Source of the DNA: Candidatus Saccharimonadota bacterium
GTDB taxonomy: Bacteria > Patescibacteriota > Saccharimonadia > CAILAD01 > BJGX01
DNA length: 64,000 nt
Reading direction: 5' to 3'
NCBI GenBank assembly: GCA_046350735.1
Contig: JAXLZU010000001.1
Coordinates: forward strand, 684,462 to 748,461
Positions 44,830 to 55,053 of the stretch are shown here, piece by piece (the first letter of the stretch is position 1; each line of letters opens with the position of its first letter). The notes below the pieces were generated by a model that was not told the DNA's origin, did no database searches, and was given only the letters and a program-made list of their open reading frames with translations. A program made the translations under genes and the position numbers.

Positions 44830-45180
44830 CGTATCTGCCCTTAATAGAATTAACTAAATGGCACACGCTGGCCCGAAGGCCAACTCTCAGCAGAACCGAA
44901 AGTAGCCGATGTAAGCTGTCAAGGCGCATATATGCATCAGTTACTGAAATACACGGTTGACGACTTCCCAACCATCCGTATGGCAGACCGGCCAGGATTC
45001 GCGCTCCAAAGTATTTAGAGAGCAAGTCCTAGCCGACTCCTTCGGGTGAAGATAGACAAGGTACAAAAATTTACAGAACAGCAGAAATAACTATCTTAGT
45101 TTGCCCCTCGAACAGTAGGGAAAAACTGGCTATAAAAAGCAAGGGGGCTGCCTTTTATGAGCCAGACTTCCCCTACCGTA
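44830..45180 (-). ncRNA. Candidate structured non-coding RNA of unresolved identity. It shows RNase P-like sequence islands but I could not build a convincing model. It could instead be a purD leader or riboswitch.
   Basis: A 350-nt GC-enriched region with no ORF, between trpS and purD. Many short complementary segments. A perfect sigma70 promoter (45338..45310) points into it. Minus-strand GGGGAAGUCUGGCUCAUAAAAGGCAG resembles the RNase P GGAAAGUCCGGGCUCCAUAGGGCAG region. Confidence 0.25.
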
Positions 45181-45309
45181 TTAGGTTGAAATTGGTTTAA
45201 ATAGAGATACTTTTATAGAGATCAAGTATCGTCATAGAATGCGTAAAGAATTTGTGGCATGGTTTTTGTGTTGGTTTTTATTTTTATTTGAAAGAACAAT
45301 GTTAAGACT

Positions 45310-45338
45310 ATTGTAGCAAACGCTTATGCTAATGTCAA
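45310..45338 (-). promoter_or_regulatory. Sigma70 consensus promoter on the minus strand (TTGACA, 17 nt, TACAAT) driving the ncRNA candidate / purD.
   Basis: Minus strand reads caTTGACAttagcataagcgtttgcTACAATag. The spacer contains the recurrent AGCATAAG motif. Confidence 0.5.
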
Positions 45339-45390
45339 TGGTTTTTAACGTATTTATTACATATACATCTGTTGAAATATGTAGTATATT

Positions 45391-46374
45391 TTACAATAAA
45401 CCTATTTTGTCTTTTACTTCTCGCAGCTTTTCATTCGCAATTTCGGCCGCCTTAGCACTTCCTGAATCTATTACTTTGTCTAACATAGCTTCATTATCGC
45501 GAATTTTATAAAACTCAGCTTGTAGTTTTGTTAGCTTCTCTACTACCAACTCTGCTAGCTCAGATTTAAAGTCTCCATATCCCTTACCTATAAACCGCTT
45601 TTCTATTTGAGCGATATCTTCTCCGCTAAAGCCTGCATAAATCTCTAACAGATTAGAAACTGCTGGCTTACCCTTCTTGTCATATACTATCTTATTGTCC
45701 GAATCTGTAACAGCTCGTTTAAATTTCTTACGAATATCATCTGGTGTTTCGGCCAGCATTATAAAACTTTCTGGATGATCACTCTTACTCATTTTCTTGG
45801 TTGGATCATCAAGACTCATTATTCGAGCACCAGACTTTGGAATAGTTGCTTTCGGCAGAATAAAAGTATTACCATAGAGTCGATTAAATCTCTCTGCAAT
45901 GGTACGAGCAAGTTCTAAATGCTGCCGCTGATCTTCTCCAACAGGTACTTCATCTGCACTATAAAGCAAAATATCGGCTGCCATTAAGACTGGGTAGTTA
46001 AACAACCCAACCAATTGTCCCTCGGGGCCCAGTTTTTGTGACTTATCTTTATATTCAGTCATTCTTCCAAGCTCACCCATAGTCACGTAGTTATCGAGAA
46101 TCCAACACAGTTCGGCATGTGCAGCCACCTTAGACTGTACAAGTATAATCGATTGCTTTGGGTCTAAACCTACTGTAATAAGCCAGGCTACTAGATCATA
46201 TGTGCGTTTTTTTAGCTGTTCTGGATCTTGTCGGACTGTTATAGCGTGTGCATTAGGTACGAAGAAAATAGTCCGTGCCATACCTTGTTGAGACGGCCAA
46301 TACCTCATGGCTCCAAGATAATTACCAATTGTCATATCACCAGATGGTTTTAATCCTGAAAATACCGTTTTCAT
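45391..46374 (-). CDS. trpS: Tryptophan--tRNA ligase.
   Basis: Class I enzyme of the TrpS/TyrS type with the KMSKS motif (KKMSKSD). 327 aa. Confidence 0.9.
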   Translation of the reverse strand: MKTVFSGLKPSGDMTIGNYLGAMRYWPSQQGMARTIFFVPNAHAITVRQDPEQLKKRTYDLVAWLITVGLDPKQSIILVQSKVAAHAELCWILDNYVTMGELGRMTEYKDKSQKLGPEGQLVGLFNYPVLMAADILLYSADEVPVGEDQRQHLELARTIAERFNRLYGNTFILPKATIPKSGARIMSLDDPTKKMSKSDHPESFIMLAETPDDIRKKFKRAVTDSDNKIVYDKKGKPAVSNLLEIYAGFSGEDIAQIEKRFIGKGYGDFKSELAELVVEKLTKLQAEFYKIRDNEAMLDKVIDSGSAKAAEIANEKLREVKDKIGLL

Positions 46375-46438
46375 CTTGCAGCAAATACCTTTCTACGCTA
46401 AAGCTTTTTTCTAACTAATACTGTAAATTATATCATAG

Positions 46439-47515
46439 CTAGTCTTCTAAATGAGGCTTCTCGATAACAAGCTGCTCTACAGCTTCATCGGTTGTTGCGA
46501 TTTTTACTACATCCTTATCAATTTTCTTTAATTCTTTGTGTGCAGTATTGTAGTGGTTTACCGTGGTACCAAGAGAGTTACCAAGCTTATGCATATATTC
46601 ATCATAGTTAACAAGGTGTTTACCTAGCTGACCAACCCGTTTTTGAATCTCTTTGGCCTGTTCTTCTATCTGCAGACTGCGCAACCCTTGCATCACCGTC
46701 TGTAGATATGCCATAAACGATGTTGGCGAGACAATAATGACACGCTTGTCACGAAAAGCATACTCTATAAGATCTTGTGAGCTGGTCTGAATAGTCCCTA
46801 CCTTGTTTACTAACAAATCGTAATAGATAGCCTCAGAAGGTATAAACATAAATGCAAAATCCATAGTGTACTCATCTGGGCGAATGTATTTTGAAGTTTC
46901 ATCAATTCTGCCCTTTAAGTCAGCCTTAAACTGCTTAATAAGTGCATCCCGCTTCTCTTTATCTTTTGCTTCTACTACTCTATTGTAGTTTTCCAAGCTA
47001 AACTTTGAGTCTATTGGTAACACCTTACCCTGATCTAAGAAGATGGCCGCGTCAACTATCTCACCATTTTTAAACTTATACTGTAATTGATATCTATCTG
47101 GTGGCATAGTATTTTTGAGAATCTCACCCAAATAATATTCACCTAATACACCACGTTGTTTAGGATTAGAAAGCACATTTTGTAGAGTCTTAAGCTCGTC
47201 TGCAACATCTACCACCCTTCTATTGGTCTCATCTAGTTTGGTAAGTCTAGTAGTGACTTCTTGAATAAGTCTAGATGACTCACTCATTTGCTTATGCATA
47301 CTACTCTGCATGGTTGCATTATTTCTATCTATTCGCTCATGCATTGCCTCTTGTGTCTTACTAAGGGTTTGGTTAAGCGACTCGAGGTCTTGTTTGATAT
47401 AGCCTAGGGAGGAATCATCTTTTAACCTGGCTAGTTTAGATTGAAAAGACAGATATAGACCAAGAAATCCAACTATTAATATTATTACCATTAAGAATAA
47501 TAAAAAAGTAATCAT
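46439..47515 (-). CDS. rmuC: DNA recombination protein RmuC.
   Basis: N-terminal TM, long coiled coil, then the RmuC-type domain (FAFMFIPSEAIYYDLL). Confidence 0.65.
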   Translation of the reverse strand: MITFLLFLMVIILIVGFLGLYLSFQSKLARLKDDSSLGYIKQDLESLNQTLSKTQEAMHERIDRNNATMQSSMHKQMSESSRLIQEVTTRLTKLDETNRRVVDVADELKTLQNVLSNPKQRGVLGEYYLGEILKNTMPPDRYQLQYKFKNGEIVDAAIFLDQGKVLPIDSKFSLENYNRVVEAKDKEKRDALIKQFKADLKGRIDETSKYIRPDEYTMDFAFMFIPSEAIYYDLLVNKVGTIQTSSQDLIEYAFRDKRVIIVSPTSFMAYLQTVMQGLRSLQIEEQAKEIQKRVGQLGKHLVNYDEYMHKLGNSLGTTVNHYNTAHKELKKIDKDVVKIATTDEAVEQLVIEKPHLED

Positions 47516-47567
47516 ACACTCATTATACAGACCAAATGTACGAACACAATACGAATATAGAGAAGTT

Positions 47568-47918
47568 TTATGCTATATCAGAAAAAATGCGTTTTAGAGC
47601 TTGGTAGGCAGCACTTACCAAGAATATAAAGGTAAATAGCAATAATCCTATCTGTAAATAGGTTACAAATAAGAATAGAACTCCGGTAGGAGTTTCACCA
47701 CCATTCCAAAATACACTATTCGTAAGAAATTTAATTATTTGCGTAAGGACAAAGGTAATAAGGGCAAACAATAAATACTTTCTTGCCTTGGTAACAGCAA
47801 GCTTATTTAGTCTCTCTCGGCTACGGATAGAAGCTTTTTGCTTTAATGTGTAGCCAGAGCTTTGCGCAACAATCTTGTTGCCTCCAGTAATTGATACTTT
47901 TCTCTGTTTCATAGACAT
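47568..47918 (-). CDS. Hypothetical membrane protein.
   Basis: 116-aa ORF with two TM segments. Confidence 0.35.
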   Translation of the reverse strand: MSMKQRKVSITGGNKIVAQSSGYTLKQKASIRSRERLNKLAVTKARKYLLFALITFVLTQIIKFLTNSVFWNGGETPTGVLFLFVTYLQIGLLLFTFIFLVSAAYQALKRIFSDIA

Positions 47919-48047
47919 AGTATATCATAATATAGTGTATTTTTCAATACTTTTAGCATAAGTTTTTTTGTGCTAGTTTATGGATAATTTTTTTATTTTT
48001 GCTTTTGTGACGGACTAATTTTACGAGCAAGTTGTATTTTGAACATA

Positions 48048-48548
48048 TTAACTCATCCACCATGGACCAATTTTGATGCTTATTGGTTTTGTGTTCCGTC
48101 GCACCCGATAGACTGGTTTTTGTGGTCCAAAGTACTTTTCTACTACCCCCAACCAATGTTCTTTCAGCCATTTCTGCTGCTTAAAATACATATCTTCTAG
48201 TCCTCTCTCGGCAAATTCCTTTCGAATTACACCTCCAGAGTGTGGATGACGCTGTTTCTGCTGATGTGGCGAGTTAAAGCCATGAGCATAATGTGTCATC
48301 TCATGAACTATAGTAGCTTTTACAACATACTCTGGTACGTTTTCGTCTTGGTAAAGAGGATTTATCGTAATAATAGAGGTTTCTCCATCAAGTCTGTCAA
48401 GACTAATTGAGCCCAAACGACGTTTGGCTTTTCTGCCATATTGAATCTTTACTGTGTTCGATTGCTCAACATCTAAAAAATGCTTATACCAGATATCGGC
48501 TAGCATGTTTTCTAGCCATTCTTGGTCTCTTTGTGCACTATTACTCAT
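48048..48548 (-). CDS. YgjP/DUF45 (SprT-like) HExxH zinc metallohydrolase.
   Basis: KATIVHEMTHYAHGFNSP...KQQKWLKEHW resembles YgjP HELAHL...NHS...WLK. Its stop overlaps the helicase gene start. Confidence 0.5.
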   Translation of the reverse strand: MSNSAQRDQEWLENMLADIWYKHFLDVEQSNTVKIQYGRKAKRRLGSISLDRLDGETSIITINPLYQDENVPEYVVKATIVHEMTHYAHGFNSPHQQKQRHPHSGGVIRKEFAERGLEDMYFKQQKWLKEHWLGVVEKYFGPQKPVYRVRRNTKPISIKIGPWWMS

Positions 48549-51367
48549 TCAATAAAACTTCCAAATTTTATCCTACTTTCACCACTCTGACTAAATTCTT
48601 TATTTAGTATACCATCTCGCACTTTTTCTAACTTTGCTAAAACAACATTTTTATCTACTGGTGGTTGCTTAACTAGTAGTGATTTTTCGAGATAGTTTAA
48701 ACTTAGACTATCCACAGGAGAATTATGTATTTTTTCCCAAGCCAAGGCATAGATTGCCATCTGTATACTCTCTTTTAACTTCTTCTGGGCAGCTTTTTCA
48801 TCCTTAACTTCACCAGTCTTAAAATCTGATATCTCAATCTGACCACCGCGATCAAAAACAGCATCATACCTTCCGCGGATAACCATCCCTACTTCAGCTA
48901 ATCGCAAAGTAAATGGCTTCTCTACCCATTTTGGAAAGTCTTTTTTGGCTTGCTCTTGCTTGTAAAAGCCAGAAAGAATTTCTTTACCTCGCTTGCGGCG
49001 AGATTGTTCGTGTTGAAACGACACAAACCCCTCACTCTTCCAACAATTATCAAACACCGTATATAGTTCTTCTAAGATAACCTTTTGACTCCGCATTACA
49101 CGGCTATAATAATACTCGATAGCAGCATGCATTGCCGAGCCGTAAACCAAAGAATGAAACGGCCCCTTAGGTAGCTGTAGAACATCAAAATACCAAAACT
49201 CTTTTGGCGACCTAAGATAGTCAGCAACCTGATTAGCACTCAAATGAAGCCAACCCTTGGTATCAAAATATCTCTGGGTTGGATCAAAATTTTTCATTGC
49301 CCTAACAGCTTGAGCTGGTTCAAAATCGTTAAAAACTGTTTTACCATCTTGGTGTTCTAACTTAGTAGGAACAAAATTGGTCGCCTCGCTAATAAAGCGT
49401 GATGGCTTCTTAGCTCTTTTACCACCATGATCGGCCGAACCAGTTATATAGAGCAGTTCTTTTGCCCGAGTCATAGCTACATAACAAAGCCGTCTTTCTT
49501 CGAGAAGATGCCAATTGATATCTGCTACATCTGTACTCTCCAAGAGACCTTCCGGAATTCTGATTGGTTCACTGCGTCGTGTAGCCGGAAAAGTCTGCTC
49601 TACCATATCCACCAAGAAAACAACCTTAAACTCAAGCCCTTTAGCCTTATGTACTGTTAGAATCTGTACAGCAGACTGATCGAGTGGTGCTACTTCTGAT
49701 ACAATATCTACCTCACTTTGATGCATTAGCTCAAAATATAAGTACAAACCATACAGGTTGGGAGTAGCAATTGTCCGCTCGTAGTCACGGATTAATGAAA
49801 AAAACTGAGATAAATACTGCAGTTGTAATACCGCATTATAATCAGATTCTGATTTGGTTACCAAATCTTGGATAGTATGATGGTTTTCTAAGTATGAATA
49901 GAGAATCTGTCCCCCTGTTAATGACGTGGCGCTTTGGCGCATGCTAGTAATATCATCGAGTGCACGCTTGATATCGACTGAGACATCAGTAGCTTCGCTT
50001 AGGTACTCTTCTAGACTAACTCGAGAGCGATGCGCAGCCGCACTGGCAGCCACCACATCATTAATTGGTAGACGATAAATTTCTCCAACCAATACTAGAT
50101 AAAGAGCCTGCGAATCAGCAGGATTATTAATGGCCTTTACCAGGTTAATTAACGAGCGCACCGGTTCTTGTTCGAATAATCTTTTGTTTTGGCTAAGCTC
50201 ATATGGGATAGATTTTTTCTCTAGTAAATGAGTAAATGATTCTGCTTGATTATTTTTACGCAATAAAATTGCTATCTCCTTAGGATCAGTACCACCCTCA
50301 ATAAGCTTCTCGATCTCTCCAGTTACCCACTGTGCTTCAACAGGTTGAGTGGCAAAGAACATTACTTCTGGTGCTTTTCCGGTTTTGGATGACGTTAGTT
50401 TTTTATTAATACTATTCTGACTCTCAAGCCGATATGGATTGTTATAACTAACTAAGCGGTGACTTGCATCTAGAATTTCTTGAGTAGAACGATAATTTCG
50501 AGTTAGAACAAACTGCGTGGCATCTGGAAAATCATTCATAAAGTGTAAAATATTACTAATGGCAGCACCACGAAATCCATATATAGACTGATCATCATCA
50601 CCTACAACAAACAGATTTTGATGTTTTTTTGACAACATTTTTACAATTTCGTTCTGAACATAGTTGGTATCTTGGTATTCATCTACTAGAATATACTGAT
50701 ATTGTTGTTGAAAATACTTTAATACTTCTTTTCTAGATTGAAATAGATGCAAGCAATAGACCAACAAGTCGGCATAATCTAGACAATTCTGCTCAAGTTT
50801 GGCCTTTTCAAATGCAGAAAATAACCTTGCCAATTCCTGATTCCGCTCTTTTTCTTCCCCGTCTAAGCCGCTTTGATCTACAAATTCTGCAAATTTCTGC
50901 TCGGTAATACCTTCGTCTTTTAGGTGACTGAAAAACCCTAATACAGCACTTACAAAACTATATGGATTACTCGCAGTCTTGTAATACTTAAGGTTAAGAT
51001 CGTTTATGACAGCCTGCAAAATAACTACCTGTTGGTAGGTAGAGATTATTGTAAAATCAGCGCTCAAACCTATTTCAACGCCATAACTACGCAGAACTTC
51101 AGCGCAGAAACTATGAAAAGTAGTTATCGTACTATCGACGTAACCGATAGGTGACACCTCATCTACCCTATCCTGCATTTGTGCAGCTGCCTTATCGGTA
51201 AACGTTAGTGCCAAAATTTTCTCTGGGGCAACTTTTTTAGCAGTAATTAATTGTAAAATTCTCTGTGTAATAACGGCTGTTTTACCAGTGCCTGCTCCGG
51301 CCACAACCAAAGCTGGCCCTCTGCCATGAGCTATTGCCTGCTTTTGCTCTGTATTATATTTCTCCAT
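48545..51367 (-). CDS. UvrD/PcrA/AddA-family ATP-dependent helicase with a C-terminal PD-(D/E)xK (RecB-like) nuclease domain.
   Basis: N-terminal Walker A AGAGTGKTAVITQRI and UvrD helicase motifs. C-terminal RGRYDAVFD...EISDFKTGE...QMAIYALAW (D, EXK and QxxxY nuclease motifs). Confidence 0.8.
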   Translation of the reverse strand: MEKYNTEQKQAIAHGRGPALVVAGAGTGKTAVITQRILQLITAKKVAPEKILALTFTDKAAAQMQDRVDEVSPIGYVDSTITTFHSFCAEVLRSYGVEIGLSADFTIISTYQQVVILQAVINDLNLKYYKTASNPYSFVSAVLGFFSHLKDEGITEQKFAEFVDQSGLDGEEKERNQELARLFSAFEKAKLEQNCLDYADLLVYCLHLFQSRKEVLKYFQQQYQYILVDEYQDTNYVQNEIVKMLSKKHQNLFVVGDDDQSIYGFRGAAISNILHFMNDFPDATQFVLTRNYRSTQEILDASHRLVSYNNPYRLESQNSINKKLTSSKTGKAPEVMFFATQPVEAQWVTGEIEKLIEGGTDPKEIAILLRKNNQAESFTHLLEKKSIPYELSQNKRLFEQEPVRSLINLVKAINNPADSQALYLVLVGEIYRLPINDVVAASAAAHRSRVSLEEYLSEATDVSVDIKRALDDITSMRQSATSLTGGQILYSYLENHHTIQDLVTKSESDYNAVLQLQYLSQFFSLIRDYERTIATPNLYGLYLYFELMHQSEVDIVSEVAPLDQSAVQILTVHKAKGLEFKVVFLVDMVEQTFPATRRSEPIRIPEGLLESTDVADINWHLLEERRLCYVAMTRAKELLYITGSADHGGKRAKKPSRFISEATNFVPTKLEHQDGKTVFNDFEPAQAVRAMKNFDPTQRYFDTKGWLHLSANQVADYLRSPKEFWYFDVLQLPKGPFHSLVYGSAMHAAIEYYYSRVMRSQKVILEELYTVFDNCWKSEGFVSFQHEQSRRKRGKEILSGFYKQEQAKKDFPKWVEKPFTLRLAEVGMVIRGRYDAVFDRGGQIEISDFKTGEVKDEKAAQKKLKESIQMAIYALAWEKIHNSPVDSLSLNYLEKSLLVKQPPVDKNVVLAKLEKVRDGILNKEFSQSGESRIKFGSFIE

Positions 51368-51438
51368 CTACTTTATTATACGAGAAATCTACTTGGTAAC
51401 CTATAATGAAGATGATAAGCTAGGATAAAAGGGGTTAT

Positions 51439-53400
51439 ATGGATAGAGAGTTATGCACATACAAGACAGCCTCCCCCGCAGAAGGTTTGCCTACAGCAGC
51501 TAACTTTCACATCCAAGTCATAAACAATCACTCTAACAAAAATCATTATGGTGAGACCTTTATACTCGCATTTATACCTGGCGAGATGCATCAACGAGTT
51601 TTCGAACGTGCTGTCGTAAGTTTTGAAGACCATTATTACCGAGCAGAGATTGAAGATGATAACTTCAAAAGATTTAGCCGTTCAATCCGTGCCATTAATA
51701 CTGGTATGGAAGAGATAAGACAATACTACAAAGTCCATCGACAGGCATACAATTACAGCTTTTGCATCCTCACAGTCACTGAGAGCGATTTTTTACTCTC
51801 GGCATGTGGTCTAAGTCATGTTATTGCCGAAGACACCTCAAACCGCCTCCACGAAGTGTATGTGCCAGAAGAATTTTTGGAGTTTTCTGAGATTATTACA
51901 GGATCACATCAAGATCTTAACCATCTTTTCTTGTGTCTCACTGATACAAACCACCCTCTGCTATCTTCTGTGATTGAGCAGATTGCCTATTCTATCCTTT
52001 TAGCCACCAAAGGGCGCATTCAATCTCCCTATCTCAATATGATGGTTAATTTTCAGACTACTCCTTCTACTCTGTCATCAAACAAGACAGCTGTATCAGC
52101 ACTAGGGATCTTTACTAAGACCAGCAACCACTTTAAGAAGCAATACAAAGCTGTTAAATCACGTATTCTTTCTCGGAGGAATACAAAAAACCAGACACCA
52201 AATATTCAGCAACAGAAGACAAAACCTGCAAGAAAGATATCTCATCGCATTCAAACCCTTTGGACCAAGCTTTGGAGTACCTATATCAACCCTAATCCAC
52301 TTCGAGCCTTAATTGTAGTAGGTGGTGTTGTAGCTTTACTAATTGTTGGTATTATAGCTTGGAATATTTTTGGGAGTAACAATAAAACATCAACCCAGTA
52401 CCAAAAAATACAAAGTCTCTACTCGAACGCCCAAACCAGCAAAACCAACCAAGACGTTACCAATTCTGAAACCCAATTTAAACAAGTACTCAGCGAGATT
52501 TCTCAGCTCAGCAACGCCGAGAAAACAGCCCTTAACAAATATGCTTCTAGCCACAATCAGCCTAGTCTAGAAGATATGTCCAAAAATTCTCAGATCCAAC
52601 TCGATGAAATGCACAATATATTTCGAGTAAGTGCTGCAAAAACCTTCTCGGAAACAAATTTTTCTTATTCACTTATTTCTAGCAGTGCCTCACAGCTCAA
52701 TTTATTAAATCCAAGTAATGGTAAACTTTTGGGTTACACCACTTCTAATCAAAAATCTACTAGCAAGAACCAGACGAGTCTTATTGATAGCAAATGGTTA
52801 GTTTCATCAATAGATACACCACTCACCTACGCCATTTCGCAAAAATCAGTGTTTCAGATAAAGCCAGACTTATCGGCAGTAGAAGCACGCACAAGCGCTA
52901 CCTCATGGCCAAATGCTCAAGCAGCCGCTACATATGCAGGTAATTTATATTTCTTAATGCCATCTGCCGGTCAGATTTATCGGTTTCGATCAGTTGGTAG
53001 TAACCAATTTGGCCCGCAAACCAATTATCTCAAAACAGTCGACTCTAGCCTAAATGATGCCGTAAGTTTTGTTGTAAATACTACTATATACACCACATCA
53101 AAAACAGGTAGTATTCATCAGTACAGTCAAAATTCTTTGCAGAGCTTTACTACTACTGGCCTACCAACCCTAACCGATGTTATACAAATAGCTTATCGAG
53201 CAACACCAGAATCACTCATTTTGCTCGATACCAAGCAAAATTCATTTACAATCTTAAGTGTCCAGGGTAATGCCGCAACCTTTCAAAGAGAGTTAATTGT
53301 AAATAATACTACAGATATAAGTAGCTTTACACTGGATGAGAAGAATAGCCTTCTCTATTTTGTCTCTAAGGACGGCTTGTATAGTTTGCCGCTACCTTAA
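51439..53400 (+). CDS. Hypothetical protein (653 aa) with a central TM helix. Transcribed divergently from the helicase gene.
   Basis: Long ORF. TM ALIVVGGVVALLIVGIIAWNIF at about aa 290 separates a cytoplasmic N-terminal domain from an S/T/N-rich external domain. Confidence 0.45.
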   Translation: MDRELCTYKTASPAEGLPTAANFHIQVINNHSNKNHYGETFILAFIPGEMHQRVFERAVVSFEDHYYRAEIEDDNFKRFSRSIRAINTGMEEIRQYYKVHRQAYNYSFCILTVTESDFLLSACGLSHVIAEDTSNRLHEVYVPEEFLEFSEIITGSHQDLNHLFLCLTDTNHPLLSSVIEQIAYSILLATKGRIQSPYLNMMVNFQTTPSTLSSNKTAVSALGIFTKTSNHFKKQYKAVKSRILSRRNTKNQTPNIQQQKTKPARKISHRIQTLWTKLWSTYINPNPLRALIVVGGVVALLIVGIIAWNIFGSNNKTSTQYQKIQSLYSNAQTSKTNQDVTNSETQFKQVLSEISQLSNAEKTALNKYASSHNQPSLEDMSKNSQIQLDEMHNIFRVSAAKTFSETNFSYSLISSSASQLNLLNPSNGKLLGYTTSNQKSTSKNQTSLIDSKWLVSSIDTPLTYAISQKSVFQIKPDLSAVEARTSATSWPNAQAAATYAGNLYFLMPSAGQIYRFRSVGSNQFGPQTNYLKTVDSSLNDAVSFVVNTTIYTTSKTGSIHQYSQNSLQSFTTTGLPTLTDVIQIAYRATPESLILLDTKQNSFTILSVQGNAATFQRELIVNNTTDISSFTLDEKNSLLYFVSKDGLYSLPLP

Positions 53401-53401
53401 G

Positions 53402-55006
53402 CTACATTTTTTCTAATAACGTAACACCAAGCAGCGTAAATATTGCCTCGTACACCTGACAAAATCTGTCGAGTAAGGCTAACTTATGTGCAGCATCCTC
53501 ACTGCCTACAACTTTCTCTTGCTCGTACCACTCATGGTAACATCGTGCTACCTCCAAGGTTGCATGCAGCAGAAGGTGAACTTTGTGATTTTGAGTAACA
53601 GCATGTAATATTTCTGGTATCTGACTTACTTGGCGTAATAGTTCTCGCTGTGGAGCTGAGAGCTGACTTGGGTTGAGATGTTCGGCCGGGCCAAGATTAT
53701 TTTCGTTAGCCATCACCCGTAGCGAGCAAGCCCGAGCATAGGCATACATAGCATAGTACACTGGGTTTTTTTGCGACCTATCTTTTACAAGATCGATGTC
53801 GAAATCCATATGACTATTTGTATCACGCATACCAAAGTAGAAACGTGCTGCCTCTGTAGGTACTTCTTCGAGAAAATCAGCAAGCAGAATGTAATTACCA
53901 GCTCGCTTACTCATCTTAAATTCTTTACCATCCTTTATAAGTCGAATAGTCTGGGTAGATAGCTCATTAAAGCCTGTGTGCCCAAGTGCCTCGAGGGTCT
54001 TAATGAGTCTGATAGCTTGCCCATGATGATCTGGGCCAACAATAGTAATAGTTTTTTCAAAACCTCTTACTTCTATGCGATTTAGCTGATAAGCAATATC
54101 TTTTAAGAAGTAGGTTTCTCCCTTATCATAGCTTCTTACCAAAACCTCATCTTTGTCTAGGCCAATCTTTTTGCCATTTAGCCAAATAGCGCCTTCTTTT
54201 TCTTTGAGTAACCCAGCTTCTTTTAGACGAGCCAGCGTCTCCTTGGTATCAGCAATTGTTTCTGAAAATATTGTGTCAAAATGTACACCAAGTCGCTCGA
54301 GATCGTGCTTTATATAGTGATCTAAGATAATTTCTGCTGCCCGTTTACCAATTATAGCTGGATCGGTCGCCACAACCCTACCCGATTCGCCATACTCTTC
54401 AGTAATGATTTTGGCTACTGCGTCTACATAATCACCTCTGTATAACTCTTTGGCCCGCTCTGGTGAGAATTCTTTACCAAGACTCTGTTGAATAGCCTCA
54501 CCAAGAGCAGTTATCTGGTTACCACCATCATTTAGATAATATTCGCGGTCCACCTGGTAACCCTGAGAGGCATAAATATTCGACAAAATATCACCATAAT
54601 ACCCCTGCCACGCATTAGTGAGAACAAGTGGTCCGGTTGGATTAGCACTGATAAATTCAATTTGTACTTTTTGCGGAGTTGATTTCAACTGATGGCCAAA
54701 ATTTGCAAATGTATCAGCATAACTACACCACACATCAGGAGTGAGAGTAATATTAATAAACCCAGGCCCTGCCACTTCGGCTTTCTCAATGCCCTCAACT
54801 GTGCAAATTGCTTCTACCAACATGTTGGCCACCTCTATAGGAGATTTTTTTAGTTTGGGGGCCAATTGAAGAGCAATATTTGAGGCGAAGTCACCAAATT
54901 TAGCCTCACAATAATCCAAACTTACTCCAGCTGGGAGTCGATCTTGAAATTTTTGCATATAGGCTTGTTCGATTGCCTCAGAGGCGGTCTGTTTTGGCAG
55001 TTCCAT
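53402..55006 (-). CDS. argS: Arginine--tRNA ligase, with a degenerate HIGH motif.
   Basis: FISANPTGPL..., YLNDGGNQI (the HVGDWGTQF-like motif), and a C-terminal DALR anticodon-binding region. 534 aa. Confidence 0.85.
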   Translation of the reverse strand: MELPKQTASEAIEQAYMQKFQDRLPAGVSLDYCEAKFGDFASNIALQLAPKLKKSPIEVANMLVEAICTVEGIEKAEVAGPGFINITLTPDVWCSYADTFANFGHQLKSTPQKVQIEFISANPTGPLVLTNAWQGYYGDILSNIYASQGYQVDREYYLNDGGNQITALGEAIQQSLGKEFSPERAKELYRGDYVDAVAKIITEEYGESGRVVATDPAIIGKRAAEIILDHYIKHDLERLGVHFDTIFSETIADTKETLARLKEAGLLKEKEGAIWLNGKKIGLDKDEVLVRSYDKGETYFLKDIAYQLNRIEVRGFEKTITIVGPDHHGQAIRLIKTLEALGHTGFNELSTQTIRLIKDGKEFKMSKRAGNYILLADFLEEVPTEAARFYFGMRDTNSHMDFDIDLVKDRSQKNPVYYAMYAYARACSLRVMANENNLGPAEHLNPSQLSAPQRELLRQVSQIPEILHAVTQNHKVHLLLHATLEVARCYHEWYEQEKVVGSEDAAHKLALLDRFCQVYEAIFTLLGVTLLEKM

Positions 55007-55053
55007 GTCTCTATTATATCTGATTTACTATCAAGTAGGCTATAATAAGAACT

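Noticed and set aside
44880-45130. RNase P RNA on the + strand (AAGTCC ... TTACAGAAC).
   Set aside because: The two conserved-looking elements are only about 45 nt apart and in an order that leaves no room for a specificity domain. The promoter points the other way. Left as an unresolved ncRNA candidate.
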